From assembly GCA_963733035.1 (NCBI GenBank), contig CAVTBU010000006.1:704001-768000 (forward strand): a DNA stretch of 64,000 bases. The letters are read 5' to 3'. The position numbers and the translations under genes were made by a program. Source of the stretch: Pirellulales bacterium. Its GTDB lineage: Bacteria > Planctomycetota > Planctomycetia > Pirellulales > PALSA-1355. Position 1 is the stretch's first letter, and every line of letters begins with the position of its first letter. Under the pieces are notes generated by a model. It made no database searches. It was not told the origin of the DNA and worked only from the letters and a program-made list of their open reading frames with translations. Positions 47,893 to 57,510 of this stretch are shown here, piece after piece.

Positions 47893-49278
47893 TCAGACTG
47901 TGGCTTGCAACCGGGCGTGGACTTCCGTGGCTGCCCGCTCCCCGGATTGGAGTGCCCCTTCCATGTAGCCCATCCACTCGGTTGCCGTTTCGGTTCCCGA
48001 CCAATGCAGGCGGCCACAAGGCGCGCGAAGAGCTTCACCGCACGCCGTTAGTACTCCGGGCCCAGCTACGCCCACATAACAACCGCGGCTCCAGGGATCG
48101 TCGTTCCAGTTTTTCTCAACAAAGTCGCTGGGCCGAGCGGCCTGGGGACCAAAGAACCGTACCAGTTCGGCCAGCACCGCCTGGCGTCGCTCGTCGGCCG
48201 AGCGGTCGGACCACTCGCGCACCGCTTGACCGTCGCTGAAGGTCACCAGCGCCGCGTGGTCGCCGTCGTGCGAGGTGTCGTCGAACGTGGTGACGGTTAT
48301 CCCCGTGTCGCTAACGGCCTCGCCCGAGAAGCCGGCTTCGCGCCAAAACGGCCGATCGTACGCGGCGACGTACTTGATCACCGAACCCATGGGCATGCGG
48401 GCCGCCAGCTGATCGCGCCTGGCCGGCAGGGGCGCCGCGTAGTCGATGCGTCCAGCCAATACTGGCGGCAGCGCAATGATCGAATAGCTGGCTTGAAATG
48501 TGCCGGCATCCGAGCGAATCGTCACGCCTTGCGAGTCTTGTTCGATCGCTCGCACCGGTGCGTTCAAGACGACACGCGGCGCAATCCGTTCCGCCAGTCG
48601 AGTCGAAAGCTGTTGCGCTCCGCCGACGAAGCGGTCCTGCTGGGCGCCCTTGGGAATCGAAATCAGCGTTTCAAGTCCCTCGCCCCATCGCAGATAACTG
48701 AGAAAAAAGAGAAACGAGACGTCGCGCGGTTCGCACGTCAACACCGCCCGGCACACGGCGTCGACGAACAGGTGCGCTCCACCAGATCGCAAATGGCGCT
48801 GTTTCCAGGTCTCGAGCGTCATGCCGTCCCACTTGGCAGCCTGCGCCGCGTGCCAGGGGGCGTCGGGCGGAATCTGGCTGGCGTACTTCTTCCAGCGCTT
48901 GTCGGCCAGAAGCAGTTCGAGCTGCGCGAGGACCGACAGCCGCGGAAGATCGCCGGCGTAGTCACTGAGCTTGCCGTCCCAGCTAAGGAGCTTCCGCCCC
49001 GCATGGTGTTGCGGAAACGTCTCCACGCCAAGATCCGCCGCCAGCGCCGCCAGCCTCTTGTGCGTTGGCCCGATCCACTGGCCGCCCAGGTCAATCATCG
49101 TACCGGCGAGCGATTGGCTGAGCGTGCGGCCTCCCACGCGGTCGCGAGCTTCCAGCACGAGGCAATGAACGCCCCGTTCGACGAGCTTTCTGCCTGCATT
49201 CAGTCCGGCCAATCCCGCGCCGACGATCACGACGTCGAAAGGCCCGTCGACCGCAACTGGGGGTGGCGATTGAAGCAT
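47893..49278 (-). CDS. Flavin monoamine oxidase family protein
   Basis: GAGLAG, EARDRVGGR, DLGGQWIG and GTETA..W.GYMEGALQSG motifs. Confidence 0.92.
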   Translation of the reverse strand: MLQSPPPVAVDGPFDVVIVGAGLAGLNAGRKLVERGVHCLVLEARDRVGGRTLSQSLAGTMIDLGGQWIGPTHKRLAALAADLGVETFPQHHAGRKLLSWDGKLSDYAGDLPRLSVLAQLELLLADKRWKKYASQIPPDAPWHAAQAAKWDGMTLETWKQRHLRSGGAHLFVDAVCRAVLTCEPRDVSFLFFLSYLRWGEGLETLISIPKGAQQDRFVGGAQQLSTRLAERIAPRVVLNAPVRAIEQDSQGVTIRSDAGTFQASYSIIALPPVLAGRIDYAAPLPARRDQLAARMPMGSVIKYVAAYDRPFWREAGFSGEAVSDTGITVTTFDDTSHDGDHAALVTFSDGQAVREWSDRSADERRQAVLAELVRFFGPQAARPSDFVEKNWNDDPWSRGCYVGVAGPGVLTACGEALRAPCGRLHWSGTETATEWMGYMEGALQSGERAATEVHARLQATV

Positions 49279-49512
49279 TGGCCAGGACCTTCCGCGCGGA
49301 AATCTACCTCGGGGAGAGATTGATCCTAAGGCCACCGCAGTGCCAATACAACCAGAAAGCCTCACGAAAACGTGCCCCTCCAAGTCCCCAGGTCGAAAGC
49401 CCGTTCAAGGCCGTTGAACGTTCACTGTCGCAACTGGGGTCCCTTGGCGGCGCTCTCCCGGCTAAACTGTTGCCGGTCATTCATTCGCAACCCAAACCGT
49501 CTCAACGCACCG

Positions 49513-49743
49513 ATGAATCAACACGAGCAACATAAACACCAACACGGGCAACATCACGGCCATCACCGAACGGGCAAGCGTAGGGGACTGCACAAGGATT
49601 GGCGAACCTGGGTGATTGTGGGATTGATGTTGGCGGCCATGTTGGTTTACGTGCTAAGTTTCGACGAATCACTTCAACCGGCGGGAACTTCGGTACCGGG
49701 TACTCCCATCGATAGTCCGCCCCCCATCGACGCTGCCCCGTAG
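49513..49743 (+). CDS. Small His-rich single-pass membrane protein
   Basis: MNQHEQHKHQHGQHHGHH...KDWRTWVIVGLMLAAMLVYVLSFDE. Confidence 0.65.
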   Translation: MNQHEQHKHQHGQHHGHHRTGKRRGLHKDWRTWVIVGLMLAAMLVYVLSFDESLQPAGTSVPGTPIDSPPPIDAAP

Positions 49744-49941
49744 CCGACGCCGACTTCCGCACTTGTTGCGGGTTCCAAGCCAAGCAGCGCCTGGCAAGTC
49801 AGGGGTCACTCTGGTTTCGGCTCGCGCAAAGTTGGCGCATGCGTGCTCGCGTTTCGCGCGTGACGGCATTGCCAATTGCCGGTTCTCAAACGGCATCGAA
49901 GGAACGCTTTGCGACCAAATGGCGCGCGCTTTCGACCCGAC

Positions 49942-49957
49942 TGGCACGGACCGTGCA
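49942..49957 (+). promoter_or_regulatory. Putative sigma54 promoter upstream of the PRC-barrel gene
   Basis: TGGCACGGACCGTGCA, i.e. TGGCAC with GG-N10-GC spacing. Confidence 0.6.
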
Positions 49958-50082
49958 CCAGCTCTCCATGGCAAGTCGGCGTGCCAGCTAACGAGCGGCG
50001 AATCCAGCATCCGATCTTGGCCGGCGCAAGGCCCTGTGATGAATCTGCTGAGCGAGATCGACGAACAGAGGAGGGAAAAATA

Positions 50083-50634
50083 ATGAGAAGGCACTGGTTT
50101 ATGGGAACGCTAGCATGTAGCGCGGCGGTCACGCTGGCTACTTTGGCCACGGCCGCTGATCCAACCGTGCAAACCGACACGAAGTCGGACCAGACGGCCA
50201 CGGCCCAGAAAATCCGGAGCGACCAGGAAGGAAAGATTCTGGCGGCACATACATTTCGAGCAAGTAAGCTCATCGGAATGAACGTCCGCAACGAGCAGGG
50301 CGAAGAACTCGGTTCGGTGGACGACATCGTGATCGATGTCCGCACGGGCAAGGTGCAATATGTGGCCATGTCGGTCGGCACGGTGTTGGGGCTTGGCGGT
50401 AAACTGCTAGCCGTTCCCTTTGACAATCTGCAATTCGACCACGGGCAGGACGAAATGTTCTTCGTGCTGAACATGTCTGCCGAAAAAGTCGCGGCCGCAC
50501 CAGGTTTCGATGAAGACCACTGGCCGAATCTCGCCGATCCGGACTGGACGGCCAAGATCAACAAGCACTATCGCCAAGTCGAACGGCGGACCAGCGCGTC
50601 AGAAGACAACGACGCGCCTCGCAAGGATGACTAG
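50083..50634 (+). CDS. Secreted PRC-barrel domain protein
   Basis: RASKLIGMNVRN..GEELGSVDDIVID...GKVQY...LGLGGKLLAVP; GAGGAGG RBS. Confidence 0.9.
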   Translation: MRRHWFMGTLACSAAVTLATLATAADPTVQTDTKSDQTATAQKIRSDQEGKILAAHTFRASKLIGMNVRNEQGEELGSVDDIVIDVRTGKVQYVAMSVGTVLGLGGKLLAVPFDNLQFDHGQDEMFFVLNMSAEKVAAAPGFDEDHWPNLADPDWTAKINKHYRQVERRTSASEDNDAPRKDD

Positions 50635-50682
50635 CACAAAGGACGTTTGCAGTGACGACCCCTTCGATGGGTCCTTCGTGAC

Positions 50683-50728
50683 CGGCTGGCCGATTGGCGG
50701 GACGCTTGATCGGCCAGTCGAGTTTTTT
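50683..50728 (+). terminator. Probable intrinsic terminator after the PRC-barrel gene
   Basis: CGGCTGGCCGAT / ATCGGCCAGTCG stem followed by AG-TTTTTT. Confidence 0.6.
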
Positions 50729-50756
50729 AAGTCTTACAGTCTTACGGGAGATGATG

Positions 50757-50963
50757 ATGAATAAGGATACGATGCAAGGCAATTGGAAGCAGCTGAAGGG
50801 TAAGGTCAAAGAAGCATGGGGCGACTTGACCGACGACGAACTGGATAAGTTCCAAGGCAAACGAGACCAACTCATTGGACATATCCAGAAGAAATATGGC
50901 CAGAGTAAGGAACAGATCGAGCAACGGCTGTCGCAGTACGAGCACGACAGCGGCGCTGCCTGA
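50757..50963 (+). CDS. CsbD/YjbJ family general stress protein
   Basis: MNKDTMQGNWKQLKGKVKEAWGDLTDDEL...GKRDQLIGHIQKKYG. Confidence 0.93.
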   Translation: MNKDTMQGNWKQLKGKVKEAWGDLTDDELDKFQGKRDQLIGHIQKKYGQSKEQIEQRLSQYEHDSGAA

Positions 50964-50983
50964 CAGAACCAAACTCTTGCCGA

Positions 50984-53368
50984 GTGACCCTGCGACCATG
51001 TCGACCTGGCACGGCGGGAGGGCTTTTTCGTACGCATGAGAGGAGCGGTGCGAGCAACGTCAGTCAGTCTTGTGATCCCCACCAGCGGCGGTTAGGCTGG
51101 AGGAGAACCTTTTCTCCTTACGCTAACCTTTGGCACGAGTGCGCGCTGGTGGCACCAGGAAACGCCAAGTCGAGAACCTCCGTTCGCAGAATTCGCTCGC
51201 TGCTGGGTCGGCAGGGAGCGTTATCGACCTCTCGCGGTTTGGTACGGCGAAATCTATGGATCGCTCCCGTGCTCGCCATTGTCGCGCTCGTCTTTGCCGG
51301 GTGGTGGGTGCGTTTGCATATCGAAGAGGCCATTCAGCAGCAGACAGCCAGCGAATTGGCCACGCTGCTGAGGGCCGATGTCGAAGCCCTCCAGCTTTGG
51401 ATGCGGCTACAGCAAGACAACGCGAAGGTCATTGCCAGCGACACCAAGATTCAGGAGTCCATCCAAAAGTTGGCGGCCGATGTCGCCGAAGGTAAATCTT
51501 CTGCGACTCAATTGCTGCAATCGCCAGAACGGGAAGCGTTGTCGGCCGAGTTGAAGCCTTGGATCGATCGTCAGGCATACAACGGATTCGTCATCTTCAA
51601 CCCCGAGGGATTGATCCTGGCCGCCGACGAGGAGCTGCTCGTCGGGCAAAACACGATCATTTCCGGCCAACGCCAGTTTATCGAAAGCGTTTTGTCCGGG
51701 CGGACGTCGATTTCGCATCCCTTTCCCTCGCGGATCATGCTGCCGGCCGAAGACGGTGAAATGCGTGTCGGCATACCCGTCATGTTCGTGGCCGCGCCCG
51801 TGCTGGGAAGCGACCAGAAGCCGGTGGCGGTCGTCGCATTGCGGATTGATCCGGGCCATGAGTTCACGCAGATTCTCAGCGTCGCACAACCCGGCGAGAC
51901 GGGAGAAACATATGCCTTCGACGCACGTGGCGTGTTCCTCTCCCAAAGCCGTTTCGACGAACAACTCAAGCGTATCGCATTGCTGCCCGATCAATCCAAT
52001 GCCAGCAGTGTACTCACGCTGGAATTGCGCGATCCCGGTGTCGATATGACAGCCGGATCGCGGCCTGAGAAACTTCGCAACCAGCAGCCGCTAACGGCGA
52101 TGGTGGCCGATGCGATCGAGCGGAAGCCGACTATTAACGATCCCGGTGTCAACGTCGAAGGATATCGGGACTATCGCGGCGTCGATACGGTTGGCGCCTG
52201 GGCCTGGCTACCCGAATATCAGTTTGGTATCGCGACGGAAATGGATCGGGCCGAGGCGTTTCGACCCGTGCTCGTGCTTCGTCGCGTGTTTTGGATATTG
52301 TTTGGGCTATTGAGCGCGGTCGCACTCTTGCTGTTTGGCCTCACGCTGTTTGCCGGCCGACTTGAGCGGCGCATGCGCGAGGCGGTGATCGCCGCCGGAC
52401 AACTAGGGCAGTATGCCCTTGAGGAGAAGATCGGCGAAGGAGGTATGGGAAGTGTTTATCGTGCGCGCCACGCCATGTTGCGCCGACCGACCGCCGTCAA
52501 GCTGTTGGAACCCGGCAAGACCACGGACGTTTCGGTCGCGCGCTTCGAACGCGAAGTGCAATTGACCAGCCAGCTCAACCACCCGAACACAATCACAATT
52601 TACGACTACGGCCGCACGGCCGAGGGCGTGTTTTACTACGCGATGGAATTCTTGGAGGGATTTTCCCTCGACGTGCTGGTGCAACGATTTGGCCCGCTTC
52701 CCGACGGCCGGGTGATTCAGATCTTGAAGCAGGTTTGTGGCTCGCTAATCGAGGCGCATTCGGCGGGCCTCATTCACCGCGACATCAAGCCGGCCAACAT
52801 CATGATTACGCGGCGTGGCGGAGTGTGCGACTTTGTAAAACTGCTTGATTTCGGACTGGTGAAGGCCGTCGATTCGGCAAAGATGCAAACTCTGACTGCC
52901 GCCGACGCCATTACCGGCACGCCTCTCTACATGGCCCCTGAGACCATTCAAGACGCCGAAGGGTGCGACGCACGCGGCGATCTCTATGCCCTGGGGGCCG
53001 TGGGATATTACCTCCTGACGGGCCGGCCGGTGTTCGACACCGGTGGGGTGTTGGAGATCATGCGCGCGCACGTCGAGGCCCGTCCCATCGCGCCGAGCAA
53101 ACGTTTGGCTCGGCCGATGTCGCGCGAGTTCGAACAACTGCTGCTGAAATGCCTTGAAAAGTCGCCGGCTGATCGACCGCAGACGGCCGCCGAAATGTCC
53201 GCCGAATTGGACGCGTGTGCCCCTGCTCAGCCGTGGGCCGTCACCAACGCCGAGAGTTGGTGGAACGCACACGAGCCGACGCTTACTGCCGATCCGCGGC
53301 TGTCGGCTACCCAAGACCTGACGCCTGGCCTTACGGTCGGTGTTTCGGAAGTCCGTCGTACGACTTGA
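50984..53368 (+). CDS. Membrane Ser/Thr protein kinase with extracytoplasmic Cache-like sensor domain
   Basis: Two TM segments flank a Cache-like region (GETGETY, YRDYRG..VGAW); kinase motifs GEGGMG, AVK, HRDIKPAN, DFG and APE. The true start is probably downstream (e.g. GTG 51149). Confidence 0.9.
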   Translation: MTLRPCRPGTAGGLFRTHERSGASNVSQSCDPHQRRLGWRRTFSPYANLWHECALVAPGNAKSRTSVRRIRSLLGRQGALSTSRGLVRRNLWIAPVLAIVALVFAGWWVRLHIEEAIQQQTASELATLLRADVEALQLWMRLQQDNAKVIASDTKIQESIQKLAADVAEGKSSATQLLQSPEREALSAELKPWIDRQAYNGFVIFNPEGLILAADEELLVGQNTIISGQRQFIESVLSGRTSISHPFPSRIMLPAEDGEMRVGIPVMFVAAPVLGSDQKPVAVVALRIDPGHEFTQILSVAQPGETGETYAFDARGVFLSQSRFDEQLKRIALLPDQSNASSVLTLELRDPGVDMTAGSRPEKLRNQQPLTAMVADAIERKPTINDPGVNVEGYRDYRGVDTVGAWAWLPEYQFGIATEMDRAEAFRPVLVLRRVFWILFGLLSAVALLLFGLTLFAGRLERRMREAVIAAGQLGQYALEEKIGEGGMGSVYRARHAMLRRPTAVKLLEPGKTTDVSVARFEREVQLTSQLNHPNTITIYDYGRTAEGVFYYAMEFLEGFSLDVLVQRFGPLPDGRVIQILKQVCGSLIEAHSAGLIHRDIKPANIMITRRGGVCDFVKLLDFGLVKAVDSAKMQTLTAADAITGTPLYMAPETIQDAEGCDARGDLYALGAVGYYLLTGRPVFDTGGVLEIMRAHVEARPIAPSKRLARPMSREFEQLLLKCLEKSPADRPQTAAEMSAELDACAPAQPWAVTNAESWWNAHEPTLTADPRLSATQDLTPGLTVGVSEVRRTT

Positions 53369-54575
53369 ACGGCAGAAGTTTCTTGAGTCGTGCAATCGGA
53401 AGCGAGGAAGACGCGCGACCGTCGGTCCATGGCACCCGCATCTGCATGGCCAGGTGTACCAGGTCCACGTCGCTACGAAGTTGCAGCTTGTCCAGCACGC
53501 GCGCCCGGTGCTTGGCAGTCGTCTGAATACTGATATTTAGTGCCGTGGCAATCTGCTTTTGAGACAGCCCCGAGACGAGCATGTCCATCACCTGGGCTTC
53601 GCGAGGTGTCAACTTGTCACGTTCCATGCGGGCATGGAGGACCGGCGCGATGATCGCCGCGACACGGTCCAATAGATCACGATCGTCTTCGTTGTAATCC
53701 ACCCCGGCATCCGCCAGATGAAATAGACCCAGCGGCGAGCCATCTTGGACGATGGGACCCACGAGCGAACGAGTGAGAGTGATGTCGCATTCCATGAGAC
53801 GCGATCGGTTTTCAATCAGGACTTCGCCCTCGGTGAGCGATTGGTACCAGAGATCGCAGCGATCCGTGGGAGAACGATGTGCCTCGCGAAAGTCATGTGG
53901 TGTGACGAATGGCCCCGAAAGCGTATCTCCGTCGACAAACCGCAAAAAAATGCCGGTCGGGCTTTGAAACGAACGCATCACAATCCGCAGCACCGAAGAG
54001 TACATTCCCTCGCCGGGCGTGCTTGCGAGGGCCTGCAAGACCGACCACACCGTATGCGTCAATCGATCGACTTGACGCAGGGAGCGGGCCGCTTCCAACT
54101 CGGCGGCTTTGCGGGCGGTAATATTCTGGATTTGCGAGATGGCGTAGCACGCCATCCCGGACTCATCGCGGAAAATCGACGCGGTCAACAGAATCCACAC
54201 CACGTGGCCATCTTTGTGGAAATAGCGTTTTTCCAAATCGTAGTGGTCGATGTCGCCGGCCATCAACTGGCGTGCCAGCGTCACGTCGGCTTCCATGTCG
54301 TCCGGATGAGTAATGCTTTGAAAGTCGGTTGCCAGCAATTCCGCTTCGTTGTAGCCGACGATCTGCGTCAATGCCCGATTGACCTTCAAGAAACGGCCAT
54401 CCAGATCGACAATGGCCATGCCGATGGCGGCGTGCTCGAACGCACCCCGAAAAGGGCCCGCATCGTCTGCGAACGCCGCCTGCCAGGCCGCTGCCCGTTG
54501 GGCATCGCTGGCGTACGGTCGATTGGCATCGATCAACATTCGCGATGTCAAATCAGGGTGCCGCTCGAGACCCAT
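53331..54575 (-). CDS. PAS-GAF-LuxR one-component transcriptional regulator
   Basis: PAS (FEHAAIGMAIVDLDG..THPDD..EKRY..DGHVVW), GAF-like middle, and LuxR HTH (LTPREAQV...KQIATALNISIQT). Confidence 0.88.
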   Translation of the reverse strand: MGLERHPDLTSRMLIDANRPYASDAQRAAAWQAAFADDAGPFRGAFEHAAIGMAIVDLDGRFLKVNRALTQIVGYNEAELLATDFQSITHPDDMEADVTLARQLMAGDIDHYDLEKRYFHKDGHVVWILLTASIFRDESGMACYAISQIQNITARKAAELEAARSLRQVDRLTHTVWSVLQALASTPGEGMYSSVLRIVMRSFQSPTGIFLRFVDGDTLSGPFVTPHDFREAHRSPTDRCDLWYQSLTEGEVLIENRSRLMECDITLTRSLVGPIVQDGSPLGLFHLADAGVDYNEDDRDLLDRVAAIIAPVLHARMERDKLTPREAQVMDMLVSGLSQKQIATALNISIQTTAKHRARVLDKLQLRSDVDLVHLAMQMRVPWTDGRASSSLPIARLKKLLPFKSYDGLPKHRP

Positions 54576-54970
54576 TCAGAACACCTTCGACTTTGATGCG
54601 CCAGTTCAGCAATTTAGTGCGTTTGTATCGTAGCGAGCAGATGCCTTTCACATGCTCAGCGGCCGTCTGGAAACAGGGGAAGCCGCTCGGCGGGGGGCAG
54701 TGAACGAGCGGGCATCGCGGACGAATTCGGCCGCGTGTTGGCCGATTGAGCTGCAAAATTGATACTTACTAACTGGTATTTGGTCAACCCGCGAATATTT
54801 CGCCTGCCCGGAACTGAGCGGTTCGGACGCACAAAGAACGGACCCCGGCAGCACAATCGCTTGCCGTTCCCGGCTGTCGCTTGTGTGGAACCCGTTTGAG
54901 GTCATGCAATTTCGCGGCCGAGCCACTACAGTAGGTCCTTTCTCATGAGCAGCTCAATGGAGCGTCCTCC

Positions 54971-56275
54971 TTGAACGACGGCAATTCTCGCCTTACGCGA
55001 TGGAAGTTTCTCACCGTGGCCCTGATGGTCGTCGGATATTCGGGTTGCTACCTGTGCCGCTCGAATTTCTCGGTGATGCTCACAGCCATCGCAAACGACC
55101 TTGTGGCCAAGGGCTTATCGCCTGAGACCGCGCAGATCCGCATGGGACAAATTGCCACACTTGGCGTCCTGGCCTACACGATTGGCAAATTCATCACCGG
55201 TAGCGTGGCGGATTTTTTGGGCGGCCGGCGCAACGTCCTGTTCGGAATGTTCGGCAGTGTGCTGTTTACCGCGTTGTTCGCTCTCGGTGGTGGCGTCCCC
55301 ATGTTTACACTCGCCTGGATCGGCAACCGGGCAGTCCAATCATTTTGCTGGACCGGAATGGTCAAGATTACCGGTCGTTGGTTTTCTTACTCGGCCTACG
55401 GCACCGCCATGGGCGTAATTAGCCTCAGTTTCCTGTTTGGCGACGCGGCTGCTCGAACATTCATGTCGCTGCTGATCGAAGCGGGGCTGGGATGGCGCCA
55501 GGTGTTTTGGGTGGCCGCGGGCGTGCTGTCGGGTCTTACCGTGTTGAATTTGCTATGGCTCAAAGAGAGTCCTCGTGACGTCGGGTTCGACGAGCCCGTG
55601 GCCAATCCACTGAATGTTTACGGAGAGACCACCGACCGGGACGATCCGCCGACAAATCTGCGCAGCTTGCTCGTGCCACTGGTTACCAGCCCGGCGTTCT
55701 TAACCGCCTGCGTGTTGTCGCTGGGTCTGACGCTCTTGCGTGAGACGTTCAATCTATGGACGCCTACGTACTTCACGCAGGTAGTGGGTTCGTCGTCATC
55801 GCAAGCCGCGGCACAAAGCGCGCTGTTTCCGTTGTTTGGTGGTGCATCGGTCCTGTTGGCCGGTTGGCTAGGCGACCGCTTAGGGACGCTCGGCCGGGCA
55901 AGTGTCATTCTAGGCGGATGTGCGCTGGCTGGCATCGTGATGTGGGTCTTGGCTTCCTTCGACTTCGCTGGCCACAGTGTCGCCGCGGTCGGGTTGGTGG
56001 GGCTGATTGGCTTCTTGATGCTGGGGCCTTACTCGTACTTGGCCGGTGCGATCTCTCTCGACTTGGGCGGCAAACGCGGAGCCGCCACGGCCTGTGGAAT
56101 TATCGACGGAGTCGGGTATCTTGGGGGCATGTTGGCGGGCGATACGGTTGCCCGACTGAGCGTCGCATATGGCTGGACTGGGGCTTTCCGCGCCTTGGCC
56201 GGCGTGGCTGCTCTGACTAGCCTGGCGGCGGCCGTGTTCTTTACCATCGAACGCCGAAAACTGACTCGCAAGTAG
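54971..56275 (+). CDS. MFS transporter, organophosphate:Pi antiporter (GlpT/UhpC)-like
   Basis: YLCRSNFS, YTIGKF..G..AD, WTPTY and GIIDGVGYLG motifs. Confidence 0.82.
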   Translation: MNDGNSRLTRWKFLTVALMVVGYSGCYLCRSNFSVMLTAIANDLVAKGLSPETAQIRMGQIATLGVLAYTIGKFITGSVADFLGGRRNVLFGMFGSVLFTALFALGGGVPMFTLAWIGNRAVQSFCWTGMVKITGRWFSYSAYGTAMGVISLSFLFGDAAARTFMSLLIEAGLGWRQVFWVAAGVLSGLTVLNLLWLKESPRDVGFDEPVANPLNVYGETTDRDDPPTNLRSLLVPLVTSPAFLTACVLSLGLTLLRETFNLWTPTYFTQVVGSSSSQAAAQSALFPLFGGASVLLAGWLGDRLGTLGRASVILGGCALAGIVMWVLASFDFAGHSVAAVGLVGLIGFLMLGPYSYLAGAISLDLGGKRGAATACGIIDGVGYLGGMLAGDTVARLSVAYGWTGAFRALAGVAALTSLAAAVFFTIERRKLTRK

Positions 56276-56287
56276 TCCTTCCAAAAC

Positions 56288-56839
56288 ATGAACATCGTCG
56301 ACGTCGTTTGCGAATTGTTTGCCACCAAGGGCAACGCTGCCTACGTAGGCGAGCCCGTCTCACAACTCGAGCACGCGCTGCAGGCCGCCTACCATGCCGA
56401 ACAGGAGCAGGCCAGCGACGAGCTGGTCGTGGCGGCGCTGTTGCACGATATCGGCCACTTGATCCACAAGCTGCCCGAGGATGCCGCCGACCACGGCATC
56501 GACACTCGGCACGAACAGATGGGGTATGCCTGGCTGAAGCAGTATTGCGGCCCCCAAGTCACTGAGCCGATTCGCTTGCATGTTCCCGCGAAGCGGTACC
56601 TTTGCGCGACCGACGCGAACTATCAAGGCGAGCTATCACCCGCATCCGTGCAAAGCCTGGCCTTGCAAGGAGGCCCGTTTAACCAGGCAGAGATCGATGA
56701 ATTCGAGCGGAACCCGCACTATCACGCGGCCGTTGCCTTGCGGCGCTGGGACGATCTGGCAAAAGTGCCGCACATGAAAGTGCCCCCGCTCGAACACTAT
56801 CGCCCGCGCCTCGAACGCGTGCTACACAATGCCCAATAG
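56288..56839 (+). CDS. PhnZ-like HD-domain diiron oxygenase
   Basis: GEPVSQLEHALQ, LLHDIGH, HE, HVPAKRYL, SPAS..SL..QGG and RRWDDLAK motifs. Confidence 0.88.
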   Translation: MNIVDVVCELFATKGNAAYVGEPVSQLEHALQAAYHAEQEQASDELVVAALLHDIGHLIHKLPEDAADHGIDTRHEQMGYAWLKQYCGPQVTEPIRLHVPAKRYLCATDANYQGELSPASVQSLALQGGPFNQAEIDEFERNPHYHAAVALRRWDDLAKVPHMKVPPLEHYRPRLERVLHNAQ

Positions 56840-57505
56840 GGCCGGCAACTCCGCCACGGTGCCAATCAGGTGCGTGTGCGGAAATGGCTGCAATTGTTCG
56901 GCCGTGTGCGAACCGCCCGTCACGCCCACCACCATGCCACAACCGGCAGCCGCTCCTTCCTGAAGGTCGGACGGCGTATCACCTACCTTCGCCACGCGGC
57001 CCGCGTCGCTGATACCTAAATCGTGCATTGCCTTGAAGGCCAGGTCGGGATGTGGACGTCCGCGCTCGACTTCGTCGCTGGTGACTGTGGTGTTGAGCAA
57101 TGCGTCATCATTCCAGCCCAATCGCCGAATCACGACGTCCGCAATGTCGCGGCTGAAACCGGTATCGAGTGCCGTCTTGATTCCCGCCGCCCGCAACCGG
57201 CGAAAGGTGTCGGTCGCGCCGGCAATCTCGTGTACCGACGGATCGGTCTGGTAGAACTCGATCATCCGACGGACGAAATCCGCATGGATCGCGTCGAGCT
57301 GTTCGATGAGCTCCGGCCGCTCATAGCGCTCAAGCAATTGGTGGATAGCCATCGGCTTGGGAATGCCCATCACCAGATTCACGGCCTCTCGGCTGGCCGA
57401 CACGCCCACCTGCTCGAGTGCCGCGCGGACGCAGCGGCTGACGCCGTCGTCGTCGTTGACCGTGGTGCCAGCCATGTCGAAGATCACCAGTTCAATCTTG
57501 CTCAT
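56822..57505 (-). CDS. Phosphonatase-like (PhnX-like) HAD hydrolase
   Basis: FDMAGTTV, MGIPK, DTGF, GRPHPD and KVGDTPSD motifs. Confidence 0.88.
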   Translation of the reverse strand: MSKIELVIFDMAGTTVNDDDGVSRCVRAALEQVGVSASREAVNLVMGIPKPMAIHQLLERYERPELIEQLDAIHADFVRRMIEFYQTDPSVHEIAGATDTFRRLRAAGIKTALDTGFSRDIADVVIRRLGWNDDALLNTTVTSDEVERGRPHPDLAFKAMHDLGISDAGRVAKVGDTPSDLQEGAAAGCGMVVGVTGGSHTAEQLQPFPHTHLIGTVAELPALLGIV

Positions 57506-57510
57506 TGCGC

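Noticed and set aside
54762..54779. ATAC-N10-GTAT inverted repeat upstream of the PAS-LuxR gene as an autoregulatory box
   Set aside because: Only 4-bp arms; too weak to support without comparative data.
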